A stretch of 64,000 bases of DNA, from positions 13,330,001-13,394,000 of the forward strand of contig CM102290.1 of NCBI GenBank assembly GCA_046563655.1, read 5' to 3'. The translations under genes and the position numbers were made by a program. The DNA comes from Yuukianura sp. NJ FZ-2021. Taxonomy: Eukaryota. Below are positions 11,099 through 30,503 of this stretch, one piece after another. Below the pieces are notes generated by a model. The model saw only the letters and a list, made by a program, of their open reading frames with translations, ran no database searches and had not been told where the DNA came from. Every line of letters starts with the position of its first letter. The first letter of the stretch is position 1.

Positions 11099-11950
11099 TT
11101 CCAGTACATTTTCAAATTTTGGATTTTTTATTACCCTAATTCCTCGCATATAACGCGTAAACCACATCCGTAACAGGCGAAATGGTCACAACAATTTAAA
11201 CAAAAATTGAAAAGGCCAAAAAGTGAAAATATCAATCATTACAAAAAAGGAGGTTATATTTGGTCTAGGTTTTCTTGTGTTGTTGATCTTTTCACTTTTT
11301 GACCAAATTGTTTTTGAACATATTGCAAGGAACTCAAGTATATTTTTTATTGTTGCGTTAAGAGTACGAATATGTGGGAAGCAATTGAATTGAATCAACT
11401 GCGATCCAAACAACGGAAATTCTATCACCGCAATTGAATCAACTGCAATTTGGTGTTAAAGTTAAAATTGAGTAATTAAAGATAAGCAAAATAGTGTAAA
11501 AGATAGGACTTGCAGTGAACGCAACAAGAAAATTTGAAAATTTTACGTTCGTTTTGAATACAAATTTTCAGTCAACTTTAGATAAAATACATCGATATGC
11601 TTGCAAAGTTAGTAAATTAAAAACATTTCTTCGGAGCAACAAGTACATACATAATGCTAGTTTCTTGGAAATAAAATTTTAGAAGCGCTGCATTTGTATC
11701 CACGAATTATCATTTTTTTGCAATTTATTTGCACTGTCATAAAAGCTTGCTTATGAAAATCTGTACAAATGCAGTATTTGCAGAACATAAAAAAATCAAA
11801 GGCTTTTGGTTTATGAGCGAGAGGCTATGTATAGAGCATGCAAGCCTTCTAAAAGATGTTTTATACTTGTAAAGACGTTTAAAAAGTTAAAGTTCTAAAA
11901 GTTATTCAGTTGTGTGACTTTCTTGAACTTTACACGTTCGGAAGTTCAAA

Positions 11951-13174
11951 ATGGCGGGATACATTGAACAGCATACGCCAAGAGCGTTTCGGGTTACACT
12001 TCAACACAACGGTAAACACGCATTTCAAACTCATATTTTTTTCGATTTTTTTGAAAAACGATTTTCAAATTGCCTAATTTCTCAATAACTTTCTACTGAC
12101 CGTCTATTTTGATTGTAGGGAAAGACTTTTGGGTGTATCCTGACCACAGTCCTGCCAGTATTTTGCACAACTACATCAAGGCTTCTGATTTTAAAATGAA
12201 GTTTGAGTATGGCAACTCTCAAAACCAACATTCCGCAACAGTAGTCGTTCAAGGCGCTTCGTATGCAACGGGCTACGGACAAACTAAAATGGCCGCCAAA
12301 CAAAGCGCGTGTAAAGTATGCCTCCAAATGATTATCCCACAGATCAAGAACTACTGGATCAACGACAGCGGCATTAGTATGGACAGTTCTGAGTCGGAGG
12401 AGGTGGGCTAAAGTTTTATTTTGCCATATTTTTATGCAATCTGATACTAAATTTTAACTACTGTAGCAAATTCCGGAGATTTTTAACAAAAATGTTTGAG
12501 TTCGGAGCTTTTCGTAGATCTTGCTTGACTTTGTGCTGGTTTTCAGGAAATTGGAACGACTTCTGTCGTGGGCATGGACGTAATTTCTTTGTGCTTGAAA
12601 CTGGACGAGCCGTTTCCATACAAATGTCTCGAAGTTTGCTTGAAACGGTAAGAAAACCTTGACTAAGAGTATCGTTTTGAAAAAAAAATTGAGTTTTTTT
12701 TAAAAAAAATTCAGAAATTTTGGATTTCATGGGCTTGACGTGAAAGAACTCAAAGCGACTTACATCCAAATAGAAACTGGTTACCAGTGCATGCTGACCA
12801 TCCAAGATACTACTGGCGAAGGAACTGGTGAAAGCAAAAAGATGGCAAGAGAAATTGCCGCCAAAAATTTACTGATGGTAGCACATTTAAAAACGTTTAA
12901 ATTTTTTTTTAATTCTGAAAACACAATTTCCAGTCAATTTTGTTTCTTGTCTTGTGCGAAGGAATTGCATCCCGTCGTGCCGAACTTTGCTGGAATTCTA
13001 CAATTGTATGGAAAAAAGTCCAGCACGTCGCAGTACTTGGAGCGCCGTGAACAAGAGAAACAAAAGGTCATCAACTGTCATTTCAGAGACGATGGTCCGG
13101 CAAAGGTCAACTTCCAACTGTTGGCAAAACTAAGGGAGGAGATGCGCAAGTGCTCCAAAAACACTGCGCAGTAA
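11951..13174 (+). CDS. Short Pasha/DGCR8-like protein (~282 aa: dsRBD1, dsRBD2, C-terminal tail); exons 11951-12011, 12119-12402, 12467-12493, 12547-12647, 12715-12877, 12962-13174
   Basis: KDFWVYPDHSPASILHNY resembles DGCR8 KEFVINPNGKSEVCILHEY; PYKCLEVCLKRNFG resembles PYQILHECLKRNHG; LHPVVPNFAGILQLYG resembles LHPHVKNWGSLLRMYG; NFQLLAKLREEM resembles NLHILSKLQEEM (DGCR8 motifs recalled from memory). Confidence 0.8.
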
Positions 13175-13308
13175 ACGAGTAACAAGTTAACATATGGGAT
13201 TGTTATTGACTTTAACCTAATTTATAACAAAATGCAATGTTCAGCGTCATGTGCAGAGCAAATTATCAAGTGGAGAGAGCTGTTTTATACTTTAGATCTG
13301 CCTGTATG

Positions 13309-14594
13309 TTAATCCAGTCTGAACTTGTACTTCGAGTGACTCCATGTTGGATTCTGGATATCCACGGGAGTGTCCATAGTCCATTCCATGAAGGTAACCC
13401 AGTCTTCGTCATCTACAAGGATGATAGTATGTGTTCTGTAAAAACATTATTTTCAAATTATCCAGTGTTTTACTTCTCAGTGACTTGATTTTGTTGGTTA
13501 TATTTTGATGTAAATAGACAAATTTTAAATTGTTTTCGAAATTATTGTACTTTAATTAAATTATTCAATTACCTTGAACCGTAGCCACTTGATGGAATCC
13601 AAACGAATTTACTCGACATGTTTTGTACCGCCGTTTCACTATAACTTGGCACTTGAGCTGTCATTTGAGCATCAGGATAGTGTCTAGAAAAACAACGTAA
13701 GTGAATTCATCAACGAAAGAGACATTTATGAACATATAAAGTTCATTGCATACAAATAATTTCAACAAAGGTTACAGTAATTCATACTTTTCACGGCTCT
13801 TCAGAATTTCCAAAAGACCAGCGACAAGTTGTTCTTCACTTTCTTTCGTAGAATGAAGCCGCACGAGTTGTTCAACTTGACGTTTACCGGCTAACACTTT
13901 CTGGAATGGGAGATGATAAACACTGTTGCCAAAGGCATAAACGTTGTCATTCCCGCAGATTTCAAACTGGATTGGCTCTGCTCCGGCTGACTCGCTGGAG
14001 TAATAGGTAACCGTAGGCTCGACATTTTTTCTGCATGTAAATCACATAACCAATGTTAGACGTAAAGTTATAGATTGTGTTTCAAATATGCTGGGATTAC
14101 TGTAACTCGATTGCGACGAAGTTGAAGGGATTGTAGAGGTGAGCCTTGGCTTGTAGAGATTTTCCGTACTGAAAGCCACTTAAGTCCCCATGAAGAAAGT
14201 CATTGACCAAAAAGCCACGCCCAAGCTTATCTGGTGCTATCGGAACGTCCGTAAAAATGTTCAGTAGAGTGCCAATTTTCCCGCTTTTTTTCAAAGCCAG
14301 CCACGTCCCGCCTTCTCTTCCAGGCTCCATGTCCTGACCTGCGATAATTAGGAAAATGGTTCCGATAAAGAAAAATTACACACATTGTATTCACGAACAA
14401 TTCGAAATCGAAAATAAGCACTCGTTTGAAAAACAAAAAATGTGCGTATTACCTCCGACAATGTCAGGAAACTCGGTCCAAAATTGGGCAGGATTGGTTG
14501 GTCGAGCAAATGTTTCATCTCGGTTTGATGCTAAGATTAATTTGTATCCTCCAGGACACGGATTTTTAGACAGCGATAAAAAAAGAATACACAT
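13309..14594 (-). CDS. TANGO2: Transport and Golgi organization 2 (NRDE family) protein, multi-exon
   Basis: MCILF...YKLILASNRDE...GGTWLA...GRGFLVNDFL...YNPFN; last exon THTIILVD...RLD stop at 13309. Confidence 0.93.
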
Positions 14595-15431
14595 CGTTGA
14601 TGCTGCAAATACTGCCTCCTGTTGCTACTGCAAATACTTCTGTTAGGATATTGTACGGAAGTGTGTCAAAGGTCAAACTATTTTTGTTGAAAAACGCAAG
14701 ACAACAAAGTTTCATTCCAGATTTGTTCCATGGAAGCGTTGACCCCGTCTGCAACTACTATTTGTATAAAAGTTGTCTGAATTGCTATAAAATGAGTGAA
14801 TCGAATCAGGATTTCTGGATGCTGTGAAGAGGGCTTTGGACCAAACCCTTTGGTAAACAAATTAGGAAGTCTGCGTTCTGTAATCACTTGAAGTTGTAGT
14901 CTCTCTTCACTTGTTTACTTAACTTGGCAAGAGAGATAAAGATAAGCGAAGCGTCAATCGTCAATTGAATAAAATGGCAATACTTGTCAGCTGTTTTCCA
15001 GTCCGGCTTGAGCTTTTATATCTGCTGGTTTTGAGTTAAAACTTCTTTGGTTAGCCGCCTGCTGCAGAGTCGCTTGCTCACACCGGAGAATACCCGGGTA
15101 TTTAAAGGCATCAAGGTCCAGAGTAAACTCTTGCTCTAAATTTTGCATAAGCTCAATACTGCTTTTGTTCTTTCTTCGTCTTGGTTGGTGTAAATAAGAA
15201 GCGAAAGGTATTTTTTTTGTTTCTATTTGATTAAAATCGTAATTTGTATTGTTGTAATTTACTTCACTTAATTTTAAGGAAGACGATTGTCCCGGACGCT
15301 GGTCGCTTCTCCATCTATTCAAAACTAACCATAACTTTGGCCAATACGAACGACTGATTGATATTCCTGAAATCTGAAAATGGATTAACGTTTCGGGTTC
15401 GAGTAGAAGACATCGACAATAACGCAACGTG

Positions 15432-16939
15432 ATGAACTCCGGGCGACGTGTTGTCGTGACTGGTCTTGGACTAGTGACACCAGTCGGCACTGGAGTGGAT
15501 TTCGCATGGCAACAGATCATCAACAAGAAAACGGGAATAAGAGCACTCAAAGGCAAAGGATACGAGAAACTGCCATGTCGAATAGGAGGCATGGTCCCCA
15601 GAGTCCCAAATACGGAAGGTTGGTTGTTAATTGATCATAAAAATATTGAATACGTTGCATTATCGCCTTATTTTTTTAGGGAACTTGGACTTGGATCAGA
15701 AATTCAGCGAGGCCGATCGACGATCTTCATCCGTTGCTACGCTGTTTGCACTCGTTGCGGCAGAGGAGGCTGTCAGATGTAGTAAATTGAACCCAGCGAC
15801 CAAGACTGATGATCAACTGTGTCGTATTGGAGTTGAAATTGGCATGGGACTACCGGATTTACAAGATGTCCAAGATACTGGGAAAGTCCTGAACGAAAAC
15901 GGCTACAATCGCGTATCACCCTACTTTATTCCAAGAATACTTCCTAACTTAGCAGCAGGACAGATCAGCATGAAGTATGGATTCCAAGTATGATATCAAG
16001 CTGCTAGCAAGCGGTGTAACTCAGGATGATTGACAACGTTTCACTTACTTAATTTTCATTTTATTTCAAAGGGACCAAATCACTGTACCTCCACAGCTTG
16101 TGCTACAGGAGCCCACAGCATTGGTGACTCTTTTAATTTTATCCGAAACGGATACGCTGATGTCATGATTTGCGGTGGCACTGAAGCCTGCATCAATCCT
16201 CTTTCAATTGCCACGTTTTGCCGTCTTAGAGCGCTGTCAACAAAGTTCAATGCCGATCCAGAGAGAGCTTCCAGGCCTTTTGACTCCAGCCGAGATGGGT
16301 TCGTAATGGGAGAAGGCGCTGGAGTGTTGATACTGGAGGAGCTCCAGCATGCCATCGCCCGTAATGCCAACATTTATGGCGAAGTTCTGGGATATGGCTT
16401 ATCGGGTGATGCCCATCACCTTACTGCTGCCCGTGAAGATGGAAAAGGTGCTTACAGAGCTATGAAACAGGCACTGGACATGGCTGGAGTAAGTCCTACA
16501 CAAGTATCCTATGTCAACTGTCATGCCACTTCAACACCTATAGGAGATCGTGCTGAAATCACCGCCCTGAGGAAACTTTACGATTCACCTAATGTAAGAC
16601 CACAATCGTTTTAAATTCTTTCAAAAACGTTGCTCCGAAACTAATTTTTCTCAACTTCAGCTCAATGGAGTTGCAATTTCTTCAACCAAGGGGAGCCATG
16701 GCCATTTGTTAGGAGCAGCAGGCGCAGTAGAATCGATCTTAACAATACTGGCTTGCCATACTGGAGTGATACCACCTTCGTGCAACATACTCAGCCTTGA
16801 CGAAGAGTTTAGAAATCTAAACATCATAACTGATGCTAACTATCAAGTCAATACCCAAACACCAATCATAGCACTCAAAAATTCATTTGGTTTTGGAGGA
16901 ACAAATGCTAGTCTTTGTTTTTCGTCTTTCCGTTCCTGA
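15432..16939 (+). CDS. OXSM: 3-oxoacyl-ACP synthase (KAS II type, mitochondrial FAS), 4 exons
   Basis: [26 protein letters not shown]...[35 protein letters not shown]. Confidence 0.95.
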
Positions 16940-17062
16940 AAAAATACGAGTAGCCACGAAAATACTTAAAAAGAGAAGGAATCTTAATAAATCAACTAAA
17001 ATGCCAACAAATTATCAATATTTTAGAAAATTATTTGCTTCTAAGGTTGTCTTTAAAAATTG

Positions 17063-20496
<3,434 letters not shown>

Positions 20497-21835
20497 AGTT
20501 TAATTGATTCTGAGTGTCTCCGTTTTACAGTGCTGGATGACAACTAATGTCAATCGGATGCAACGTTAGCCGACACGGCCAGGTCCACCTCCAGCCTTTC
20601 TGTAAAAATTCACTGGCTCCAGCCACCGTCCACCTTAGACAAATATTGTTAAAATGTTAAAATTAACACGTGATGATTATTGATTTGACTATGATCGATT
20701 AATTAACGTTACGAAATACCTGAGAAAACAATACCGTCGCCGTCACTATAAGTTTAGTCACTAAAAAAACCTCCACTCCATCATCTTTGCATGTGGCTGT
20801 TTCCTCCATGTGCTTCAGTTTCAAAGTTCCACACATTCCCGCCATTGGAAAATTTAAAAATAAGGCTGTAAAAATCAGCATGTTTTTGAAAGATATCAAA
20901 ACTACTAACAACTTTACTAATTTATAGCACGGGATTTTTGGAAGCCAATGTAACTGAATGGGTTTGTGCAGCAAATAGTTAAATTTGGAATACTTTAAAC
21001 ACGCGTTAATGCTTATGTTAATTGGTCATTTAGTTGCAAATAATCATGAAAACACAGGAGAGGTACAATGTAAGTCATGTTTGCACAATGGTAGTAAAAC
21101 GGAATAAATTGCTGTGTTTTTCCACTATTGTGCGGCTGCGGATGATAAAGTTTTGTCTGTATGATCAGGTGGAGAACGTGTTGATTTTTATAGGCCATCT
21201 CAGCTGGATTTTATTTTATTTACCTGCTTCCTGTTGTGTGTTGCTGACTTTTAACTCGTGGTAATTGATTAACAATTTAATCCAAAGAGGTCCAGTCAAG
21301 ACGTCAAATTGTGACCAGCAGAGTAGTAGTAGTGATTTGAAAACACCTTGCGAGGACTGGTGTATCAAGACTCTAATCTAAGATATGTGTCAATACCAAT
21401 ATCAATGTAGTTAACAACTGGATCTTTAGTTACTCAAAAATGATCTGGTAACGTTGTTCTGGGTGACCGTTTGTCTCTTTCTCCTCAAGGAGGTAATATC
21501 ATTGTCCGTTTTTCAATTGGATTCTTTCAGTAGAAATGGTTTGCTCTAAGGTATGGAATTAGTTTAGATTTGAATTAGCTAACAATAGATTTATAGTTAC
21601 TTTGTTGAGAATGAGGCTGGAAATGACTTGTGTATTAATTGCATTGTCTGATTTGTTTGCTGGATTACTGACATGAGTGGATTTGGTCTTTAGTGCTTTA
21701 CCTTAGTACATGTACTGGATGTGCTTGCTAATATTACGCAATGATTTGAACTGATATCATGTTAACGGTAATTCCTTGTTTTGTTTGTCATAGTAGACAC
21801 TTAGTCGTGGAGGTCGACTCGAATTTAAAGTATTG

Positions 21836-23604
<1,769 letters not shown>

Positions 23605-24806
23605 AAATTGCCGTTAATTGTCTGCATTTATCCCTTCTTAGCAGCATCTTTAGCTCAATTTTAACTTACTTTCGACATTTGCATCGAGTCTAATAGCTTA
23701 GTACAAACTCCGTACTCTAAACCTAACTTACTCAATAGGGACGTCTGACGCACTCATGGGGCATTTCCTCGATTATAATTTTTGTCTTCTGCTCATTGAT
23801 CTAATGATTTATAGTCTTTCTGTGCATGCCACTTTGTGGTTATGATAAGTTAACTTTTGGCTATATTTGCCAGTGAACAAAATACTGATTGAACAAACTA
23901 TGCATAGACTAGTCAATAATAATAATAATATTTCCCAGTAATAACGCATTCGCAAACAAGAAATAGGAATTACCTGAACGATATCTGACTCTAATAAGTT
24001 TTTACCTTAAGCTGTATTACTAAAGCGTTCAAATAAATACGCTCACTCAATTGACACATTTTCAATTTAATACTAATGGCAATTAAGTTGAACCTTGAGT
24101 TAGAGTTAGGTTAGTTAGATAAAATCATAACTAACTCTTACTAACAATTGGTATTATAATTGTAATTAACTATATTCCTAGTACAATTAGTTTTAACTTA
24201 TTGTTTGAGAAAGTTTATCAATAGAATGACCAAAGTGGCTTCACTTTCCTTTGGAATGAAGAAAATACTCGAATGGAACGGGATCCAATTCCACACCTTT
24301 CGGCTCATCCCATTGTTGTCTTGGTCTGACTCTGACTCATAGTAGAAGGTGAGGAGTCAATCAGATGAGATGTCAAGGAATTGTTCAATTGGGTGTGGCA
24401 CGGTGTAATAAGGACAAGTCAAAGGTCAACACCCGACACAGGTAATAACTAAGCTCGTACATCTCTTTACTTTGTTAAATGAGGCCTTTTCTGCTTTCTT
24501 TTTCGTCGTCCAAGTTTTCGTTAGTTTTTAAATTGAATCAATAATTGTGTTAATTTGTTCACTTTTGACAGGATTTGCATTAGTGGAGGTCTTGGTCATC
24601 CCATAAGCAGAAGAACATCATGGACTGAAGAGACTGAAATCGGAATTTTAACAGTAGAAAAGCTGCTGATTTTTGCTTTAAAACGGTAGTGGGTTAGCAA
24701 ACTCTCTTTTTCATGACAAGGTAAACATGGCTAATGCTAAATCATAACACGACTTATCTATAAAGTCATAAGTTTATGCGAATTATATTTTTTTTATATA
24801 TTTAGG

Positions 24807-27800
24807 ATGAGGAATTACTTGTCACGATGTTGGCCTCAATTGCTATGGTTTCTGGTACTTGTCAACGCTCAGCAAAGGGAAAATACGTTTAGGACTCCAT
24901 TCGGAACGTCACGAGAAGCCAACAGTGTAAATGCACCATTCGTTCCGAATTTTGTACCCCAGGATGAATCCAACTTCGGCACTAATACCGGTGGAAACTT
25001 TATTCCTCGGGATCGAGATTTTAACAATTTTGACAACTCAAGAGACGTGCCATTGTTTCCAGTGACACAACGTAATACAAACGGGTTTACCAACTTTGGT
25101 ACTACTCCGAATCGAAATTTTGGTTTGGGTAGTAATCAAAGTCCACGATTAGACTTTGGTGACGGACAATATCCGTTTACAAGTCCAGAAGAAAAGGAAT
25201 GTCCGCGAGGCTGGGACACGTTTCGACAAAGTTGCTACCGATTTGTCCGGTCTCCGATACACAAATGGGAAGATGCTAAACGAAACTGTCAGGTATTTAG
25301 GACAAGATGGAATGAAAGATGGATAAGAATTACTATTAAACTGGATTTCTTGTGTTGTTGCAGGCTTACGGAAACGGAGCTGACCTGCTTAGTGTTAACA
25401 CCATTGAAGAACATACTTGGATTTCTAGGAAACTGACTTCAATTGACCCTCAGCATCGTCAGTGGTACATGTCTGGTAGACAAACTGCTCCTGGAAATTG
25501 GGTAAACGGCGATTCATCGCATTTGTCCACATTAGATCAAGTATTTCTCCAGGATCAACCGTCGGTTGTATCCAATGTATACAATAACTACCTCTCATAC
25601 AGGTAACCCTGTCGTCATTTTGGTTTCGGTTTTAAACACAAGTCGATTAACAAAGTTTTTCCCGATTTTAGTTACTCGGAACGGAGAAAGTTGTGGGGAC
25701 TTCTTAAGGTATCTGGAGAAGATCTGCTCTTGTATATCTGCGAAATTCCATTGGCCCTTGTACCTTACATTGACAAAAGCCTTGAAGACAGAAATTTTGA
25801 ATATGGAATTGAAGTCGAAGATGTACGAAAGATCCCGAGAGGACCCTATTTCATTCAAGAACCGAAGAGTACTGTGTTCGATCTCTCCAGGAACACTCAA
25901 AGTGCCTATGTGTCCTTGAGGTAAGGATTTGAATTAGAACAAGTATTTATTTATACTAAAAAATAAAAAAAATTTTGATTGTGAAGCTGTTTGGCGGATG
26001 GATGGCCAGCACCGACTTATGAATGGTACAAGGAAGAGTACATCAATCAAACACTTTCTGCCAAGTACTTGGATCCACTACAAAACTCAAAGTATACCAT
26101 CAGTGGAGGCATGCTCATCATCGACTCGCCTCAACAAATTGATGACCGTGGAAATTATCACTGTGTTGCATCCAATGTCTTCGGTTCAATCATTTCCGAA
26201 ACCGTTTCAATCTCTTTTGGATACATCGGAGAATTTATTGAATCTCGGGATGCTGAAGTTGCGAGTCAGTATTGGGGAAAGGCCATCTTTTGTGATCCGC
26301 CAAATCATTTCCCACGTAAGGATTTACCGAAAAATCGCTTAATTTAAACCAGAATGCAGATATTTTTTTTTACGTTTTTTTCACAATCCTAGGTGTGCTG
26401 TACTCCTGGTCTCGACGATACTTTCCGAATTTCGTGGAAGAAGACAAACGTGTATTTGTGTCATATGATGGAAACTTGTACATTTCGTCGGTTGAAGTTA
26501 GTGACAAAGACGAGTACATTTGTCATGTCCAGAATACGGTTGCCAGTAACGGCCGGACTGGTCCAACTTTTTCACTTCAAGTTATTCCAGATTGTAATGA
26601 ATGATCGACTATTCCATGTACTCTATGTATTCAGAATTGTACTGAAACGTTTTTGTTTGCCTAACAGCTAACTACCAGCAGCTGAAATTTCCAAACAACT
26701 TTCCAAAGTCATTTCCAGAGTCTCCGGCTGCTGGAGAAGACGTTCGTTTGGAATGTGTTGCTTTTGGATAGTAAGTTTTTGTTTATACAGTAGACCCTCT
26801 CATTGCGAAACCTTTAGCTCCGCCTCCCCTGAAGGTGGGAAAGCGTTAAACTTAAATTTTTGAAAGGATTGCTCGCAACATGTCTCATGCTTATTATTAA
26901 TTTTTGATTTTTTTCCGCTTAGTCCCGTGCCATCTTACAATTGGACTCGGAAGGGAGCCCCACTTCCTCGAAATGCTGTCCTTTCAAACTATAATCGAGT
27001 CTTAACTATTGCAAACGTTCAAGTGGAGGATCAAGGAGAATACATTTGTCATGCTGCCAACAACCGCCTGTCTACTGAAGACAGTGTCACCCTCAGTATC
27101 CAAGGTTTGAATTTTCTGAAAAAGAAAATGTTTAGTAGGTTTCGCGCAAGTATTAACGTCAAATTATTATTGAACTTTCTTAGCTGCTCCGAATTTCACA
27201 ATTCCACTCGGGGACAGGCACATGGACGTTGGAGACAATCTAACGTGGACATGCGAAGCTTTTGGAATCCCGGACGTATCGTATCAGTGGTACAAGAATG
27301 CAAAGCTCTTGACCCCAGAAGGACTCTTCCATGAGTTTGGTCCGCGATATGTTATGCGGGACAATGTACTGAACATCTACTCATTAGATGCCGAACGGGA
27401 TGCTGGAATGTATCAATGCAGAGCAAATAACTCCCTGACTGCCAAATTCTCTACCGGGCAACTTAGAATTCTTAGTAAGAAACTCTAACATGATTTTCTG
27501 TTTATTACAAACCTATACTAACTAACCATGCGTGATGTTTTTAGCAATTCGGCCGAGTTTTAAGAAGCGACCGTTAGCAACGGAAACGCTTGCTGCTGAG
27601 AATGGAAATGTTACGATCAAATGTGAACCGGAAGCTGCTCCACGTCCATCTTTTGTCTGGCGGAAGGACGGAAACAGAATTGGAGCCGAAGGGCGGCGTC
27701 GAATTCTGCCAAATGGAAGTTTACTTATCAATCCAGTTTCGAGAGAAGACGTAGGAATCTACACATGCGTTGCCAAAAATATTCTCGGAAGTGATGAAAG

Positions 27801-30503
27801 TTCTGGACGTCTCTCAGTGTTACAAGGACCAAACCTTGTTGAACTACCAGCAGAAACAGAAAATTACACCATTGGATCACAACTATTTCTGCGATGCAGA
27901 GCCGAAGCAGATCCATCACTTGACATCGCTTATGTTTGGAAACTGAATGGAGTTCGGTTGGATGACATGACACATCGTGTTCGTGTTGATCATAGAGCAG
28001 GATATGTTGAAATTGACAACGTGACTCTGGCGGATAGAGGGGATTACGCATGTGAGGTAAATACATGGGTTGGAAATTCAAAGGCCGTGACACACGTTCA
28101 CATCATGGGACCTCCTGGACCAGGTATGCTAATCATTCCTTACTTGGCATCTAAGTTCGAGTAGTTGTTGATACTTTTCATTTGTTTATTAGTTGGCGGA
28201 GTTCATGCAGAAGTTTTGAGCTCTCGGACTGCACGGATTGCCTGGACAGATGGAGCAATGAATGGTGCACAAGCATACCTATACACGATTCAGGGCAAGA
28301 CACAATGGGATACCACTTGGAAAAACATAGTAGAAAGTAATCATATCTCTGCAATTCATCTACAGTAGGTCTTCTCACATTGCAACTCGTTGTGATTGGC
28401 TGGTTTGATTGACAGCTCCCGTAAGCTTACAGATTATATTCGGCATTCTCCAGGTATTGGACTACCCAGAGCGCCAACAGCTGATTTGTTTGAAGTTAGC
28501 CTCCGTTGAAAATACCTTAGGGTTTACGGTGTCCCGAGAACAAAATGTTGCAATTTGAGAGGGTTTACTGTAATTTAACTTCAATAGTTCAAAGTCTTAC
28601 GTGAATATGTTATATGTAGACGTTGAGCCCGACCGCGGTGGGGTTGATCTACGAATAAGAGAAAACAGCCGGAAAGAGAAGTTGGTAAATGTGTTGTCAC
28701 CTTGGTCAACATACGAATTTCGTATCTTAGCTGCCAACAAGCATGGATATGGCACACCTTCAGCTCCGTCACCACAAGTTCGTACGCCTTCTGACAGGCC
28801 GTCTACTTATCCCAGAAACATTCGTGGTGGTGGTGGAAAAACTGGAACTTTAACGATTCTTTGGGATGTAAGTTCGTTCAACTCACAGTTAATTTGAAAT
28901 TTGTGCTTAATCGAGTCATTGTTTTCACAGCCTCTCCACTATAGAGATCATAATGCACCAGGAATTTATTACAAAGTGTTCTGGAGACTACATCGACAAT
29001 ATGGAGAAGAGCCTTACCAGACTGCCACTTTGAAGAAATGGGGAAATGTTGGCTCGCATGTCGTCAATATTCCGTCAACACATTACTATACTCTGTATGA
29101 CGTCAAAGTTCAGGTAAGTGCTGAAGAATATTGACGTTGTTGTTTGGATGTTGATAAGGCTGAAAGTGTACACTTGATTTGTAGGCATGGAATGACGAGT
29201 GTATTCCAGATGATCTAAGAGGTTGTGGTCCAGAGTCACCTCCAGTTACGATCTATAGTGCAGAGGACATGCCACAAGTTGCTCCGTCACTAGTAACACC
29301 GCTTCCATTCAATTCTACTGCAATCACTGTCACTTGGACCCCAGTGGACGAGTCACGCGAGAAGATGAGAGGGAAGCTGATTGGTTATCGAGTAAGATCC
29401 AATTGACAAATAATCTTGAAATTGAAAGTTCTGAGCTTTAAATTAGTGTACTTTTGTATATTTTTGATTAGCTTCGGTACTGGCCCAAGATTGAAACAAA
29501 CTTGTACGATCCAGAAGCACTCAACTACTTGAGTCGTTCAACTAAACCACAAGCTCTAATTGTTGGTCTCTTGCCAAATACGTACTACTATGTTCAAGTA
29601 ATGGCTTATAATGCTGCTGGTCCTGGGCCAGCTAGTGAACCACAATTTGGTAAGTCTCGTTTTATACTAGTTTTACATGCGTTGGTTCAAGAGCAATTGA
29701 GCATTTTGTTTTGTACAGAGCGGACACTGCGAAAGGCGCCACAGAAGCCACCAATCAACGTGGAAGTGTCGTTAGTTAATCCTTCGACTATCAAAGTAAC
29801 TTGGCGCTATGTCGGCACAACTGCACAGGAGGAAGCACTGTCTGGTTTCAAGGTAAACGATTTCCTAACGTTATAAACGTTGAAAAGTGACTCCTAACGT
29901 TGAAAAGTGTTAAACTTGGTTCAGGTTCGAGTTTGGGACGCAGATCAAGACATGTCAACGGCGAAAGACACATTCGTCAATTTTGTGGACCGTTCATTGG
30001 AACAGGAAGTGACGGGACTACTTCCAGCGAAGAAGTATATTGTCCGAGTACTCGCATATTCTCCGGGTGGTGATGGAAAAATGTCTCCACCTCAAGAAAT
30101 CATTCTCGGTTAGAAAAAATACTTACTACAGAGTATCCTCTCTTTTAGCAACTCGTTGTGATTGGTTCGTCGGCCGGAGAATACCGAAACCTTCCAATCA
30201 TGGGCGTTGAACCGCCTATAAGTTTATAGTTGCTTTTTAAAGTTGAGCGCTCTCCAGGAACTTTGGTTTTTACTATGTTCCGGCTAGGAGGAAGGAATTG
30301 CTAAATGAGGGGTTCTTCTGCATTTTAAAATATTGGTTTCGTAACGCGAAATTCTATGTTAATATTTTCAACACAATTTGCTGTTTACAGGGGACCCTCA
30401 AGCTCTCAAAAACGGAAATTGCGGAACAGCCAGCTCTTTTGTTATTGTTTGGACTCTGCTAGCCTTTGTGCTTGGTCAATCAGCGCCTTCAATGTCGCTT
30501 TAA
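24807..30503 (+). CDS. Cont: Contactin (signal peptide, C-type lectin, Ig domains, FN3 domains, GPI signal), multi-exon
   Basis: CPRGWDTFRQSCYRF...WEDAKRNC lectin; repeated D.G.Y.C Ig motifs; FN3 motifs (LSPWSTYEFRI, LLPNTYYYVQV); hydrophobic tail VIVWTLLAFVLG ending at TAA 30501-30503. Confidence 0.93.
28363..28570. mobile_element. CAGTA-type MITE in a Contactin intron
   Basis: ta-cagtaggtcttctcacattgcaac...gttgcaatttgagagggtttactg-ta. Confidence 0.8.
30129..30320. mobile_element. CAGTA-type MITE (degenerate) in the last Contactin intron
   Basis: ta-cagagtatcctctc...gcaactcgttgtgattgg (shared with 28363)...gaggggttcttctg-ca. Confidence 0.65.

Noticed and set aside
14987..15592. 201-aa minus-strand ORF
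   Set aside because: Overlaps OXSM exon 1 antisense and the shared promoter region; no recognisable domain.
15432..16939. Horizontally acquired bacterial FabF
   Set aside because: It has spliceosomal introns and fits the standard eukaryotic mitochondrial OXSM.
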